A stretch of 64,000 nt of DNA from Lytechinus pictus. Its lineage: Eukaryota. Shown here one piece after another: positions 39,001 through 52,188 of this stretch. The notes under the pieces are model-generated. The model was not told the origin of the DNA and searched no databases. It saw only the letters and a list, made by a program, of their open reading frames with translations. The stretch lies in contig NC_087251.1 of assembly GCF_037042905.1 (NCBI RefSeq), positions 12,526,001-12,590,000 on the forward strand, written 5' to 3'. Position 1 is the first letter of the stretch; each line of letters starts with the position of its first letter. A program made the position numbers and the translations under genes.

Positions 39001-42000
39001 ATGCATTCTAGGCTTAATAATTACTGACGACAGCACTGCTTATGATGTGAGGCAGGTTTAATAAGGGATTTGAACCATAGACTTTATTTCATGAGAGATG
39101 AAATTGAGAGAGCTTTTTTTTCAAGGTCAGTTAAAAACCTGTAATTTCACAGTATTTCCCATAACCCATATTAGAGTCTCTACTCACAGACTACAGAAGA
39201 ACATTATTTGATGCCACTTGAAAAAGTATGTAATCTAAAATGAAGCCAACAAGAAGAAAAGAGTAGCATGGAGACATCATGATCACCCGTGACCTTAAAC
39301 ACAAGGAAATCAGATCTCATGAGTGAGCCTCCCCCTCTATCACTCCTTCGGCCTCTGAATGTCTTGCCCGAGGGCGTAAAGCCGTCTGCAACGACAACAA
39401 CGACGTCAGAGCAAGATGAGCTCGTAAGACAGCGGTTAGGATAGGGAAGCATTCCATTTCCAGCACACTACCTGTAACTTAACAGTTTCTCATTGGGAAG
39501 GAAGTGCGGAGAAGTGGGGGTGCCACGCCCTTGTAAATTGAGATATCCCGCCCCCTCTCAGGTGGCTAATTGGCCTCTAGTGACCCTATTATGAGTTTCT
39601 TCCCCCCAAGCCAAATCTTGGTGTGCAACAAGCAACACAGTGAATATACTTTGATTACATCTGAGAGATTCATAAATAGTAGATGAGCAGAGACAAGCAT
39701 ACCTCTAGGATGTTTTATGAAGCTGTTTGTAAATTACAAACAACTTTACAAATGACTGACTGGTGGCCTGTTCCTGGGCGCTAAATCAAATTCTCAATCA
39801 TTTTCATTCCCATTAGTTAAAGAAGAAATCCAACATTTGTTGGATTAAAATTATTGTTGTAAATGAGGATATGGATGGAAGTTTATGATTTGTCAAATTG
39901 TTATCAGGGTTATAGGAAATTCCCTCCCACTGTGTTAAAAGAAGACAAATGTATCATGATGACAGATCGCTAGTTGTATGTAAGGTAATGTGTAAATTGC
40001 CAACATCAGCATTACCAAGTACCATCCAGGGCTAATAGAGATGACTTGTAATGTAAGAAGCAGTGCTTCTCTCACAAAAACCCATATTCTAATAATGAAC
40101 TTTATTTCTTTAAGGGAATCATCATCTATAATGACTTTGAATTGAGAAGCTGGTCATTGCATTTCAAATTAAAATTCACTTAGCTAAACATATGACAAAA
40201 ATGTAAAATGTTATTGCAAACTGTTATCTTGAAGAGCAATATATATCTTGTCATGCATGCATATGTTCACCATTAATTTTTGTTTTTCACAAGGACATGA
40301 CCCGTTTTACTACATTTGAATTTGATGTGTTATAAAACTCTTTTTTCTAATAGATAAGGAGAGGGCTGTGTTTTTTTTTTTTGGGGGGGGTCAATTTTGG
40401 TAAAAATCCTGGGGATCTGTTGGACAAAAAGTTGTAATCAAATTCAAATCTAAAAATCAAACACAACTTCCTTTTCAACCACTCCGTAGTCCTCATTTCT
40501 GGACTTGCAGTTGATTTATGTAGTGGTGTTTAAACTCATTTCTTTCTGCAAAAGGCCCCTGGATCATTTAGAGGAAGCCTGTAAGGAAATCTGTCCATCG
40601 GTCCTTCCCAATCTTATTTCTAAATGTACATTGGATCATGTAATAGTGGAAATGGGATATTTCCACCCAGTCCTTGTCTTGACCTAACTATGTGAGGTTC
40701 AGCAGGGACCATCAATAACCTAACACAAGTGTCTTTGGGAAGTTTGATTGGATTCATTGATGTCTTCTACTGGTGTGGTTGGCTGAAGCATGGAGACAGA
40801 CAGGTACCATTTCAGGCAAGTTGAATGTGGCATATTGGTGAGAGTCCAAGTTTCATCCAAGTTTACAGATCACAATCATACCTTGGTCAGAAATATTTTC
40901 ATTGGTCTATTGGATTTTTTTTATCTACAAGCTTTGTCACCACCCATTGATGTGGAACGAGGATGACAAATAGAAGCAAAAGGACAGGAGGGAGAAGAAA
41001 ACATCAAGTAAAAGCAGATGTAATGAAAGGGGAGTATAATCAAATACAGCACAGACAGAGGGGTGTGAAATGCTTAGAAAAATTAACAGATAAGAGTCAA
41101 TTTCTAAAAAAATTGAGAGATATAAAGTACACATCATGAGAAAACACACACCTGGCAATATGATAAGGGAAGGTCAGTTATCCAAACTCAACAAGCAAGA
41201 TACAATCACTTTTCTATACAATTGATCTTTATTATTTCAATGCACACTAAATCTTAGGGATGATTGAGAAAAACATGAATTAAGAGGTCCCTTTTGGTGC
41301 TTTCTGACTAGGCAAAGAGGTGTCAAAACCTTTCCTGTTCAGCTTTTCCTGACTTCCTTTTCTCACCTTCAACCCTGCATTAGGATGGATGATGGGGATC
41401 CAGGGATGTTGTTGCATATCCCTGATGGATCCCTGATCAAAGCTCAGGGATGAGGAGACAGAGATGCATGCATTCAGGCGATTTTATACAGCTACAATCA
41501 TTAACATGAATCACAAATGAAACATACAAAGCCAGAAATGTGGCATCTGTAGGAAAGCTTTTAAGTGATATCCATCAAGCAGGATTCCACCTCATTTAAA
41601 GCCCACCCACTATTCTGCCAAGACCCAGAAAGTAAAAGTCAAATTGGATTGTATACAATGATGTCCTAACCTTCTTGCAGAGCACTTCTGTTATGTCATA
41701 AAATCATGAAATAGATCTTTGTTGCATTCAAGCAATTTCTAGCAACCATGCTTCTACAGAAAAATACTTGTCATAAATTTATAACATTCAAATTTTTCAA
41801 GGTAACCCCTCCCCTCTTTCCTTAACCACCTGAGCCATTCATACCTCGAGCATTTCTTAAAATCGTGATTCTCATCTTTACCTTGTTTGAATGGGACTAA
41901 TTATTTTCTTTTCACCAAATAGCCATCTGTAAATTGTTATCAACAGATTTTTCTTTGTGACGCTTCATCCAAGGAGCGATGAGATGGCTAATTCTTTTGA

Positions 42001-42031
42001 TTTTAATGAGTGCTACTTTTCAAACATCATG

Positions 42032-42460
42032 AGGTGGTTTCAAACCACCTCGATCACAAGAATCCCAGTAAAATTACGAGAACATTTTAAGGCCAAAAAT
42101 ACCTGTTAATTATTTCTGCAATAACACTGCCCCAAAACATACCCTTCGGGATGAGTTCCTGAAGTTAAGAGCAAGCGCAGTATGGTCTGATAAGCAAGCA
42201 AGGTGCGAGATTCAAAATCGCTATTTCAGCAGACACCCACCGCACCCTGCGCCCAACTACACGATGAGCTAAAAGCTCTAGTAATTTGCTTTCACACTGC
42301 CAAAATACTTGCAACTGTAATCCCCATGAAAGTTCTTGTAATTTTGAAAAGTACCTACTATTTAGCCGGTATTTTCTTTCGGGGGGATTATGCGTAATTT
42401 GCTTTCACATTGCCAAAATACCTGGAACTGACAAACTTCAAGGCGGGTCTGAAACCACCT
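42032..42460. mobile_element. Harbinger-like MITE
   Basis: Termini AGGTGGTTTCAAACC and GGTCTGAAACCACCT; internal direct repeat GTAATTTGCTTTCACA(C/T)TGCCAAAATAC; TSD not clear. Confidence 0.72.
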
Positions 42461-42913
42461 ATAGTTTCCCTCCAAGACCATGAAAGGTTTTCTTTCTAAA
42501 TAATGGATTAATTGTGGTGAGGAAATTGCTTGAATTTCTATAAGCTTCTTGGGGATAAAAAATATTAGAAATGACACATTTTATTCAAAGATTTTGTTAC
42601 TTAAATGAAAGTTGCTTTGCACAAAACATCCCAGTCAAATTGTATCATTCAAATTATGACATTAAAAAATAAAAAAGGGGGACAACTCTCCCAAGAGTCT
42701 TGAAGCCAGGTTACAGATGAAGAGGTCCCTCCTTTTCCTCCCACTTATCAACATCTGTAAGCTCTTATGAACTCACTCTCTTTGTTTGCAAGTTTGACTT
42801 CAATTAACAAGCAATGACATGGCTAATTCTTTTTGTTATTTTACAATCTTTTACTCTGGATCTTTGATTTTTTATTGTGTATGTTTACACGCCCTCAGTT
42901 ATTTCCTCTTTAA

Positions 42914-43498
42914 AGGTCCAGTCCACCCCAGAAAAATGTTGATTTGAATAAATAGAGAAAAGTCAAAATAGCAAAATGCTGAAGATTTCATAAAAATCGG
43001 ATGTAAACTAAGAAAGTTATGACATTTTAAAGTTTTGCTTATATTTCACAAAACAGTGATATGCACAACTCAAATGAGACAGTAGATGATGTCCCTCACT
43101 CACTACTTCTTTTGTTTTTTATTGTTTGAATTATACAATATTTTATTTTTTACAGATTTGACAATAAGGACCAACTTTACTGAACTATATAATATTACAC
43201 AATAGTAATTCCACATGCTCAGGGAGCAATTAATTGTTTTTTCACTTGACAATGAAGAGAAAATGAGAATATTTCATATTTCACCTAATAAAATACAAAA
43301 GAAATAGTGAGTGGATGACGTCATCAGTTTCCTCATTTGCATATCCACCAGGATGTGCATATGTGAAATTAAGCAAAACTTTAAAATGTCATAACTTTGT
43401 TATTTTACATTCGAGTTTGATGAAATTTTCAGTGTTATGCTAGCTGGATTTTTTTTCTTTTTATTCAAATCAACCCTTTGTTGGGGTGGACTTGTCCT
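42914..43498 (-). mobile_element. Kolobok-like TTAA MITE, family K copy B (inverted relative to A, C, D)
   Basis: TTAA|AGGTCCAGTCCACCCCA ... TGGGGTGGACTTGTCCT|TTGA; interior is the reverse complement of copy C. Confidence 0.87.
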
Positions 43499-45330
43499 TT
43501 GATTACATTTGAATTACATTCAATTATAAATTCTAATTTCATAGTGCCTTTCAAGGCAAGGGCATCAGAAAAGGGAAACAAAGAGATAAAGAAAGTTATG
43601 CAGATTATTTTTGTGCAAAATCTACATTCCTGTAAGACTTTTGCTGCTTTACTAGCTTCAATTTTTAAGAAAAAAAAATCTTTAAAAAAACTATTAATTG
43701 ATTTCCTAAACTCAATGTGAAAAAAAAAAATAAAAAGAACATTAACAGGACATAACTGATTTCAATTATTATTCACTTTACAAAAAAAATCAAGGGACCT
43801 GGAATCTGTATTAAAAAATCCTGTTTTTCTTAAAACGTTTTATTTCATCTCCGGTAATGCATTTCTTATCTTATAAAAGCACAGGAACATATTCTCTCCA
43901 TAAATTCTACAAAACAGCAACACTCGTATTAGCAGAGTGATAAAAAATAAGTGTTTTTACTCCTCTGACTTTTCTCAAACCAATATCATGCCTGATCTGC
44001 CCAATTCAAGAAAAGAAAAGTCTTTGAAGAACCATGTTTCCATTAGCTCATGTTGATGGGTGGTTGGAATATGACTGTGAATCCTGGCATACCATCTTAT
44101 CATATCTGCCAATATCTGTGATTTGAACAGCAAGAAAATAGTTGGATATCATCAACAAATCACCCTTGGCTCCCCCAAAAATGTTTGTCTCGAGTGTGAA
44201 ATCTAGAGAAGGAATGCAAGAAATAACCCTCATAGCATCTTGATTGCAGAAGTTGATCTTGAGCAATTTATGACTGGCTTAATTCCCCTACATAAGAATC
44301 CGTGGGGTATTTCTTAACTCAGGCTAATTGGAACAAGGCCTAAAAGGAAACCCTGATAACACTATCCTGAATCCTAAATCATTAAAAAGCTCCATGATGG
44401 TTATTAATGAATGAATACAAAACTTTTCCTCTTCCGCTGATTGTACGCAAATGAAGAATCAAATGGATGAAGCTGCTTCCTGTCTTAACTGGCAATTTAT
44501 ATTATCTGCTGAGGTGAGAGGCAAATGTCTTTTTCACATAATTAGAATTCTTGATAAGCAGCTCTACATTATTATTTTTTTGGCTGCTTTGGATGCTCAT
44601 TATGCACTTTTGTACAGTAACTGAAAAGAACAATATACAAATCTTGCTTAGCCAACCAATGTATAGCCCTAAATTGTGCAACTTTTTGGTGTAAACATTT
44701 AAGTAAACCATTCAAATACAAACAGGCATGCATGGGGTAAATGGTCCAGACAAATAAATAACTTTTGCACTTGATGAAAAGTGGTGCAATCAATATTCAT
44801 GAAAATTAATCTATTGACCAATAAATTATCCTATTCGCATAAGCCTAAAATTAGGAACTGGCAGTGGGCGGAGGCTAGGGGGCAGAAATGTTATCATTCA
44901 AAACACCTGCTGTAAAAAATAAAATTAAAAGTCGAAAGTGTCATCATATGACAAATTCTGACAATACAACCATCACTGTATTCCCTTCTTGCTCTTCATA
45001 GAGATGATTGACATGATGAAGTTGGAATAGAAGGGGAAACTGGAAATACTGACGGAAGTAAAGGGAAGAAAGGTTGTCAGATTTTGAGGAAATCATCAGA
45101 GAGAAAGATGCTACTGTTATGGTGTGATATGAGGTGACATACATGGTGTTCTGTTCAGCAACATGACAACAAGAGATAGTATAGATTTATTTCACAAATA
45201 TCAACCAATTATCTTGTCTGTATTTGACTCTTTATCTCTTTTATTCTGTATTTATTTCCTTTCTCAGACTCTTTTTAACTTTTTATGTACATTTCAACAT
45301 GCCTTGAACCAGTATCAGTTCATGGACCTG

Positions 45331-45511
45331 GTGGGTGTTTCATAAAGCTGTTCGTAAGTTAAGAGCAACTTTAAGAACGACTGGTGATCCTTTCTTGTGT
45401 TAAATGGTGTACACCAAAATTTTCATTGGCGATGGTTTAGCGTGTAAGAAAGGATCACCAGTCGTTCTTAAAGTCGCTCTTAACTTACGAACAGCTTTAT
45501 GAAACGGCCCC
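45331..45511. mobile_element. Harbinger-like palindromic MITE (CWG target)
   Basis: ~65 bp near-perfect arms GTTTCATAAAGCTGTTCGTAAGTTAAGAGC...GGTGATCCTTTCTT; CTG and CAG flanks. Confidence 0.85.
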
Positions 45512-45622
45512 CAGATTGTGCTTGTTACTTTGTATACTGCTTTTCTTTGAAATAAAGAAATAATTATAAATCACTGAACCACGGAATTATTCCAAACTAT
45601 GCCAACTGAAGTTCTTTCTTAA

Positions 45623-46211
45623 AGGACAAGTCCATCCCAACGAAAAGCTGATTTGAATAAAAAGGGGAAAATCCAACACACATAACACTGAAAATTTTAA
45701 TCAAAATCGGATGTAAAATAAGAAAGTTATGACATTTTAAAGTTTCGCTTAATTTCACAAAACAGTTATATGCACATCCTGGCTGGTATGCAAATAAAGA
45801 GAGTATGACCTCATCGACTCACTATTTCTTTTGTGCTTTATTATATGAAATATGAAATATTCTAATTTTCTCCTCATTGTCAAGTGATACGATTAATTCC
45901 TCCCTGAACATGTGGGATTAGCATTGATTAATACTATATGGTTCAGTCAAGTTGGTCCTTATTGTCAAATCTATACAAAATGAAATATTGTATAATTCAA
46001 ACAATAAAATACAAAAGAAATAGTGAGTGATGGACATCATCGAGTGACTCACCTAGTTGTGCATATCACTGTTTTGTGAAAAATAAGCGAAACTTTAAAA
46101 TGTCATAACTATCTTATTTTACATCCGATTTTGATGAAATTTTCAGCACTATGCTAGTTTGATTTTTCTCTATTTATTCAAGTCAGCATTTTCCTGGGGT
46201 GGACTTGACCT
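45623..46211 (+). mobile_element. Kolobok-like TTAA MITE, family K copy C
   Basis: TTAA|AGGACAAGTCCATCCCA ... TGGGGTGGACTTGACCT|TTAA. Confidence 0.9.
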
Positions 46212-49200
46212 TTAAGACTTTCTCATTCTCCTTCTTCACATACCTGTGATATATCATCAGCACCATGCAGTATCAGAGGTGAATGCATGAATATGAATCT
46301 CATTGAAATATGAAAACCCACTGGAAATAGGTCAGCATGCTTGAATGTGATCAGAACCACCAAGGGGCAGGGAAACTCATAACGTTGGGCATCATTTTTT
46401 TATGTTAGGGTGGGAAATTACCAATGATCGTTATGTCCCAATATGTCTGGCTACTTAATTTGGTGCCCTGGTTACATTTTCCCCATATTCCCACAAGACT
46501 TTTTATGACTTTTTTATGTATTTCATCCAGTCTTGTAACAGGTCAAAAAGCTGCCAAATTTATAATCTACTGTATGTCATGCTATATATGACATTCCAGA
46601 AGTAAATATAAAAAATGTTTACACAAACAAGTGCCTATACAATCAAAATCTAATCACGATTTTGATTGGAGGGCATTGAAAAGACATTGATCTTATCTAA
46701 TTTGTGAACAATTTGTTGTAACTTAAAATGCAATAAATTAAGGGAGTCTGATTGTAAAGACTATAACCTCATTAATTAACAGGGGAAACTGGTGTTCAAT
46801 TTATGAGTGTGAGGATGATTTGATCAGTTAACTTCTAATTGTGTAGCATCCTTCCTGCCAACGATAACATCAGATACGAGAGCATCTAATTTATTAAGGT
46901 TTCAACAAATTGTCACTACTAATAACAGTATTTTAAATCTATAAACCTGTGAAAATAACCAGTGTATAAATAGAGTAGAACAACAACAAAACACCATCTT
47001 CTCCACTTTTCAATTCCAATTCAAATTATTCCTAATTTTTCCTCAGTTTTGCTGTTCTCTGTCTTTCCTTTCTTGTTTTTTCTTTTCCACTTACCACCTT
47101 CAATTCTTCCCTTCTCTCCTTTCTCTCCCATTTCTACTTTATTTTCCCTCCTTCCTTACATTCCTTCTCTGACTTTCCTTTCTCTTTCTTTCTTTGATCT
47201 CTCCCTCAATTATGCATGCCTTGTGATGAGTCATTAAGTATCATTTCCATATGACAATATCAAATCTAAAAATATTCCATAAATATCATGTAATTACATC
47301 TATAGGAAATAAATCAGCCAACTGAAAATAAAAATATCTACAAGTTAATTTCCATTTCTTTACATCAAAGCAATTAAGAATACATTTAATTCCTTTCCAA
47401 ACCATTCTTTGCATCTATAAAATATTACACAATGTTTATTTTGAATAAAATATCAAAGGGCATTGTATCTTTTCAAACTAGGACAGGTTCACTAGAACAG
47501 AATGCTAGTTGAAGACGATGATTCCACCTTCAAATGGGATAAAAATCACTTCATAAGCTCTCACAAAAGGTCAAGAATTCTTTCCCAGATCGAAAAAAGT
47601 CAAAAAGGCCAATCTCCCGAAGAAATCCTCTTGATTTTCATGCAATCAGAAAATAATGCTTTCATCTTTTTGCCTGAATCTTAATGTGGATTTGGTTGGA
47701 TTGCTAATAGCCTAAACTATGAATCAGGATTTTCTCTTCAAATTCAACTTTGGGGTACTCATCAACCCAAAAGGCATAAAGTACAAAGAACAAATGGTTT
47801 ATCTCTTCTTCCTGTCTCCATAAGTTCTATCAATACCAATCATATAAACATGTCTTATCACTATTTTACAAGGTAAAATTATTTTTTTCATTGGGCTTAT
47901 TTTGATAACCTCTATTCATGAAATGGTAAAAGTAAAATAATTATTTGTTACTTAAAGCTGACACGAGCATATACAAATATCCTTTTCCTGTCATAGCAAA
48001 ATTTTGATTTGCACAGATCTATTCAGTCATGTACATGTATGTACTTCCATAGTTGGAATAAAAAGCCCTTGGTTTATAACACTTCATCAAAAAACATCTG
48101 TAAGAAAAAAAATATTAGAACAAATCAGAAAAAATATATAGACTCAAGGTGACCTCTAACTTTCCATACCTGGCCCTACCCATATTTTGTGGTCAAACCA
48201 AAATTAGTCTTTTCCTCTTTGATTATCAAAGCTCAGATTAATTTCAATTGGGAATGTTTTTCTTTAAAATCCATGGCTTATCCAAAACCTTGGAACCAAC
48301 ATGACAGGGTGTTAGTTCATACACATTTGAGGGTAACCTTGTTGCTCTATGGTTATAATTGCTATGTGCAAGCCTTGGAAGGTATATTGATTATTAAACT
48401 AATCTATCAATAATATATTAATATATTTTAAAAAGTACATTTCGTTTTAACACCCAAGTTGAATGAATTAAATAGATCTAAACTTACATGACAAAGTATT
48501 ACTTATTATCATTACAATTAATTTAACTTATAGTTTAATTAGGGGGTTATACTTTTACACTATGGAGAAAAAATGGTCAATCATTAATATGGCAGTGACC
48601 AAAATCGAAAGTTTAGCATGATAAAGCTAATAAAAGGTTGAGGATTAATCTAATCTCTTACTTCAAACAAGTAGCCAATAATGTCCACCCAACTTGGACA
48701 TGAAAGACCTTGCATAAGTTCAAACCTTGACTCTGAATATATTTAGCTTAGTCCTTGATTCTTTCTGTGAAACAGACCCTTCTTATTGAAACCCTCCCAA
48801 ATAACTTTGGAAAATAAAATTCCTTTCCTCAATTCAAAAATATAATTTCTTTATCATAAAGTTTGCTATTGAAGAAAAACTGCTTGTAAAATGTACAAAA
48901 TGCAAAGCATACACAAAAATTACATGATAACACTTTTAGATTATGAAAATATAATCTAAATTCTTTGGCTAAAATTATATGGCAAACCTTAAAAATGGTA
49001 ATTTGTGCAGGAAAATGACTATCATGTTAAATGTTTAGTTACATGAAAACATCTGGTGCTGCTTAAGACAAGGGAAGTGACCTTACTTGACATCATGACC
49101 CATATATGACCTTGATAATGATTGCATGATGTCTACGCTATTTTCATTAGGTTCTTAATGGGTTTTAATCATGCCTAATTGCAGCATAACATTTTACATT

Positions 49201-49866
49201 CAGGATATTGGCAAACTTTGTTTGGTTTAGGATGCTAATAAAAAATAATTTTATGAATAAGCCTTCATTCCCATAATTGCTTTGCTTATTCATGCTCTCC
49301 TTACTTGCTCAATTTCCTCTGAATTGCTGATAAATTATATTATTTTAAAAAAAATTACAAAATGAGCAAATATTCTAATCATATTGCAATTCTTTGTTAA
49401 TCTCATTTTCCTATAGATCCATATTTCTTTAATAATCTCATTTCTTTATAAACAACTATACATATAAGTACAAGATGAATCACTTTACCTATTCCATTCA
49501 TTTAATAACAATCCTTTCATCCGAACTTAAGTGAATACAATCTTGTTTTACTATGATTCATTGAAGAAAAATTTAAAAAGTAACATTTTGAAAATTACTA
49601 CATAGAAATGGGAAATTATTTGAAGAAATTTATCAAATTGACTTTAATTCTTCTTACTAAACATTGAACTTCCTGATAAAAAAAGGAACAAAAATGTAAT
49701 TTGTCAAAAAGGATGTACCTCTATAATCTCATTGTCATAAAAGTATTGTAAAATGATTGGAATATGTCCACAGAGAGATCAGAAGGTAAATGGTTTGGGA
49801 GGTATCATTTTTCATCTAATCATAAACATTTGTGTTGCCAAACATTGAGCATTCAAACTCGATTCA

Positions 49867-50237
49867 TACCCCTTTCATAAACCCAATTATGCGGCTAATA
49901 GCAGCATAATTTGGTCGTAAAATCAGAGGAGGACCAGAGTTATCCGCATTATTTTGATGCTGCAATTATCCGCATAATAGCGGCATCGGGACCAGATTTT
50001 GACTTTATGAACGCATTTCCAAATAATGCGGATAATTGCCATGGTGCGGTCACAAGGTCACATTTTTCCAACACAACCGCATCGGAGGGGGCGTGTGCAG
50101 TTGTCATGACAATTATCCGCCTTTTTCAGGACGGGCGCTCGTAAAAATAGTGCGGATTATTTTCGGAGTTTGTGAAAATTGAATTATCCGCATTACTCTT
50201 AGGCGGCTAATTGGAGGGTGGGTTTATGAAAGGGGTA
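49867..50237 (+). mobile_element. Harbinger-like MITE, family H copy 1
   Basis: TIR TACCCCTTTCATAAACCC / GGGTTTATGAAAGGGGTA; internal ATCCGCAT/TGCGGAT repeats; very similar to 62854-63235. Confidence 0.87.
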
Positions 50238-51386
50238 TTAGAATCATCAAAATATATGGCAGGTAATAATGCTGAATTGGAGATTGCCAAAATTTGATTT
50301 ATTACTTTCAGACAAACTTATCTTCCTGCTCAAGACAGGAAGTTTAACAATAAAATTTCAAATTAATTTGAGGAATCAGAATGAAAGACAGGTATATAAA
50401 ACATATTTCTCACCCTTTTTATGGGGATGGTTGAACTTGAGATACGATTTCTGAAGTTCAGCACACACAAAAATATTTGATCTATAAAACTACAAAAGTT
50501 TGTTCAAACATTTTGAAAATTAGAATAATATTAAAATAATTTTTTTTTGTCAGAAATGTATTATCCCCACAAAGGAATTGCTCCAGGGGCAGCAAAGATG
50601 TTTTTACAGTAGGGGAATTCATATTTCTAAAAATGTCTCTTATTTCAAGAAGGGTGGATAGCCAGACCACATGGCCCGAAACAATCTTGGATACACTTTG
50701 AGTAGAAAACAGAAATTAGAAAATTATCTATATCAATTTTAATTTGCCAAACTGTTTGTTAAATTGATACATTCATGTGACTTTTCGGGTATAATTTGCA
50801 TACCAGCATAATTATTGGCAAATACATCAACTCAATAAATCAAATATTTAACCATTAAAGTCTGTCAGCTATCATTATTTGTGAAAATTAACATTTCAGT
50901 TTACTAGGTATACTGCACTCTCTCAGCGATGATTTGATTTTTCTTTTAAAATGACTTAATTTTCAAATCTGGTGAAGGGTGCCAAAAAAGCTACAAAGAT
51001 TATATCCTTACATTTTTAGACCATGCCATGCTTGAGAAGTGGATTTACATAAAAAAGAAAAGAAAATGTTTTATTTTGATCGGGCAACTGATTAAGGAAA
51101 ATTTCAAAGCAAAATCACAAATCTTATCAAATATAAAACATCTATTACTTCACAGCTTTCACATCACAACTGTTTTATGGCACACACATTCATATAATCT
51201 AGTAATGAATTGCAAGTTTGACATTCATTTTTTTTTTGGGGGGGGAGGGCTTTACCTAAACTTAAATTAGGCTTAACACCTGTCCACAGAACATTTCCCT
51301 ATTGTTTATTTTTCTTGGATGGCTTTTTTCAGGTCTGTGGTGAACTTTACCAAAGAGAATAGAGACTACCCTTTCAACTTTTTAAA

Positions 51387-52188
51387 GGGTGCGTTTATGC
51401 GCCACTTTTTTACCCTAGAATCATGATTCAAATCATGATTCTGCAGAATCACGATTGCGTTTAGTCAATAGTAAAAATAAACTTCTTTCAAATCACAAAC
51501 ATGAAACACGGAAAAAGGGGCGTTTGGAAAGACGTTTCTGTAGAATCACGAACGAAAAAGGTCGTATAAACGCAATCGTGATTTGAATCATGATTCTATG
51601 ACGTCACTGTGTCTGGCTTCTTGAGATTTTACTCTTGCCAAGCTCAAGGCGCGCTATGCTCAGTGTATTTATACATAATTTGATATGCATGCATTTCTTG
51701 TCACATGCATTTAACTGTGTTGGGCATCGCATCGTCCACTTCTTTTCATCTTTTTTTTTTGGGTCATGTCTTCAACTTCAAGTGAACTATAGTAAATGAA
51801 CTAACTGAACAGACAATGATATCAATTGTTGTTGAGTTAACAGTGTCAATATGAAATTGGATCTACCCTAAAATTTACTTCCGAACACCATTTTCGATAA
51901 ACCGACAAGAAAAATAATAAGTAAACAAAATGTGGTATAATAGACTGAATTCGGAAGGTAAAGGATTGATTTTTCGAGAGCCAAAACACGTGCGAAAAAA
52001 GTTTACCTAACTTCCTCTGTCAAACTGTGCACTGTGATGCGCATTATCCAGATCGGCCCGAATCCGAAAAAAAATAGCTTTAAAATGAAGGTCGTCTAAA
52101 CGCTGATTCTGTGGTATTGTGATTCATGTTTGTGTTTTGAATCATGATTCAAATCATGCTTCTGGCTTGAGGTCGCATAAACGCAGCC
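51387..52188. mobile_element. Harbinger-like MITE with AATCATGATT subterminal repeats
   Basis: Termini GGGTGCGTTTATGCG and CGCATAAACGCAGCC, AAA on both sides. Confidence 0.78.
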
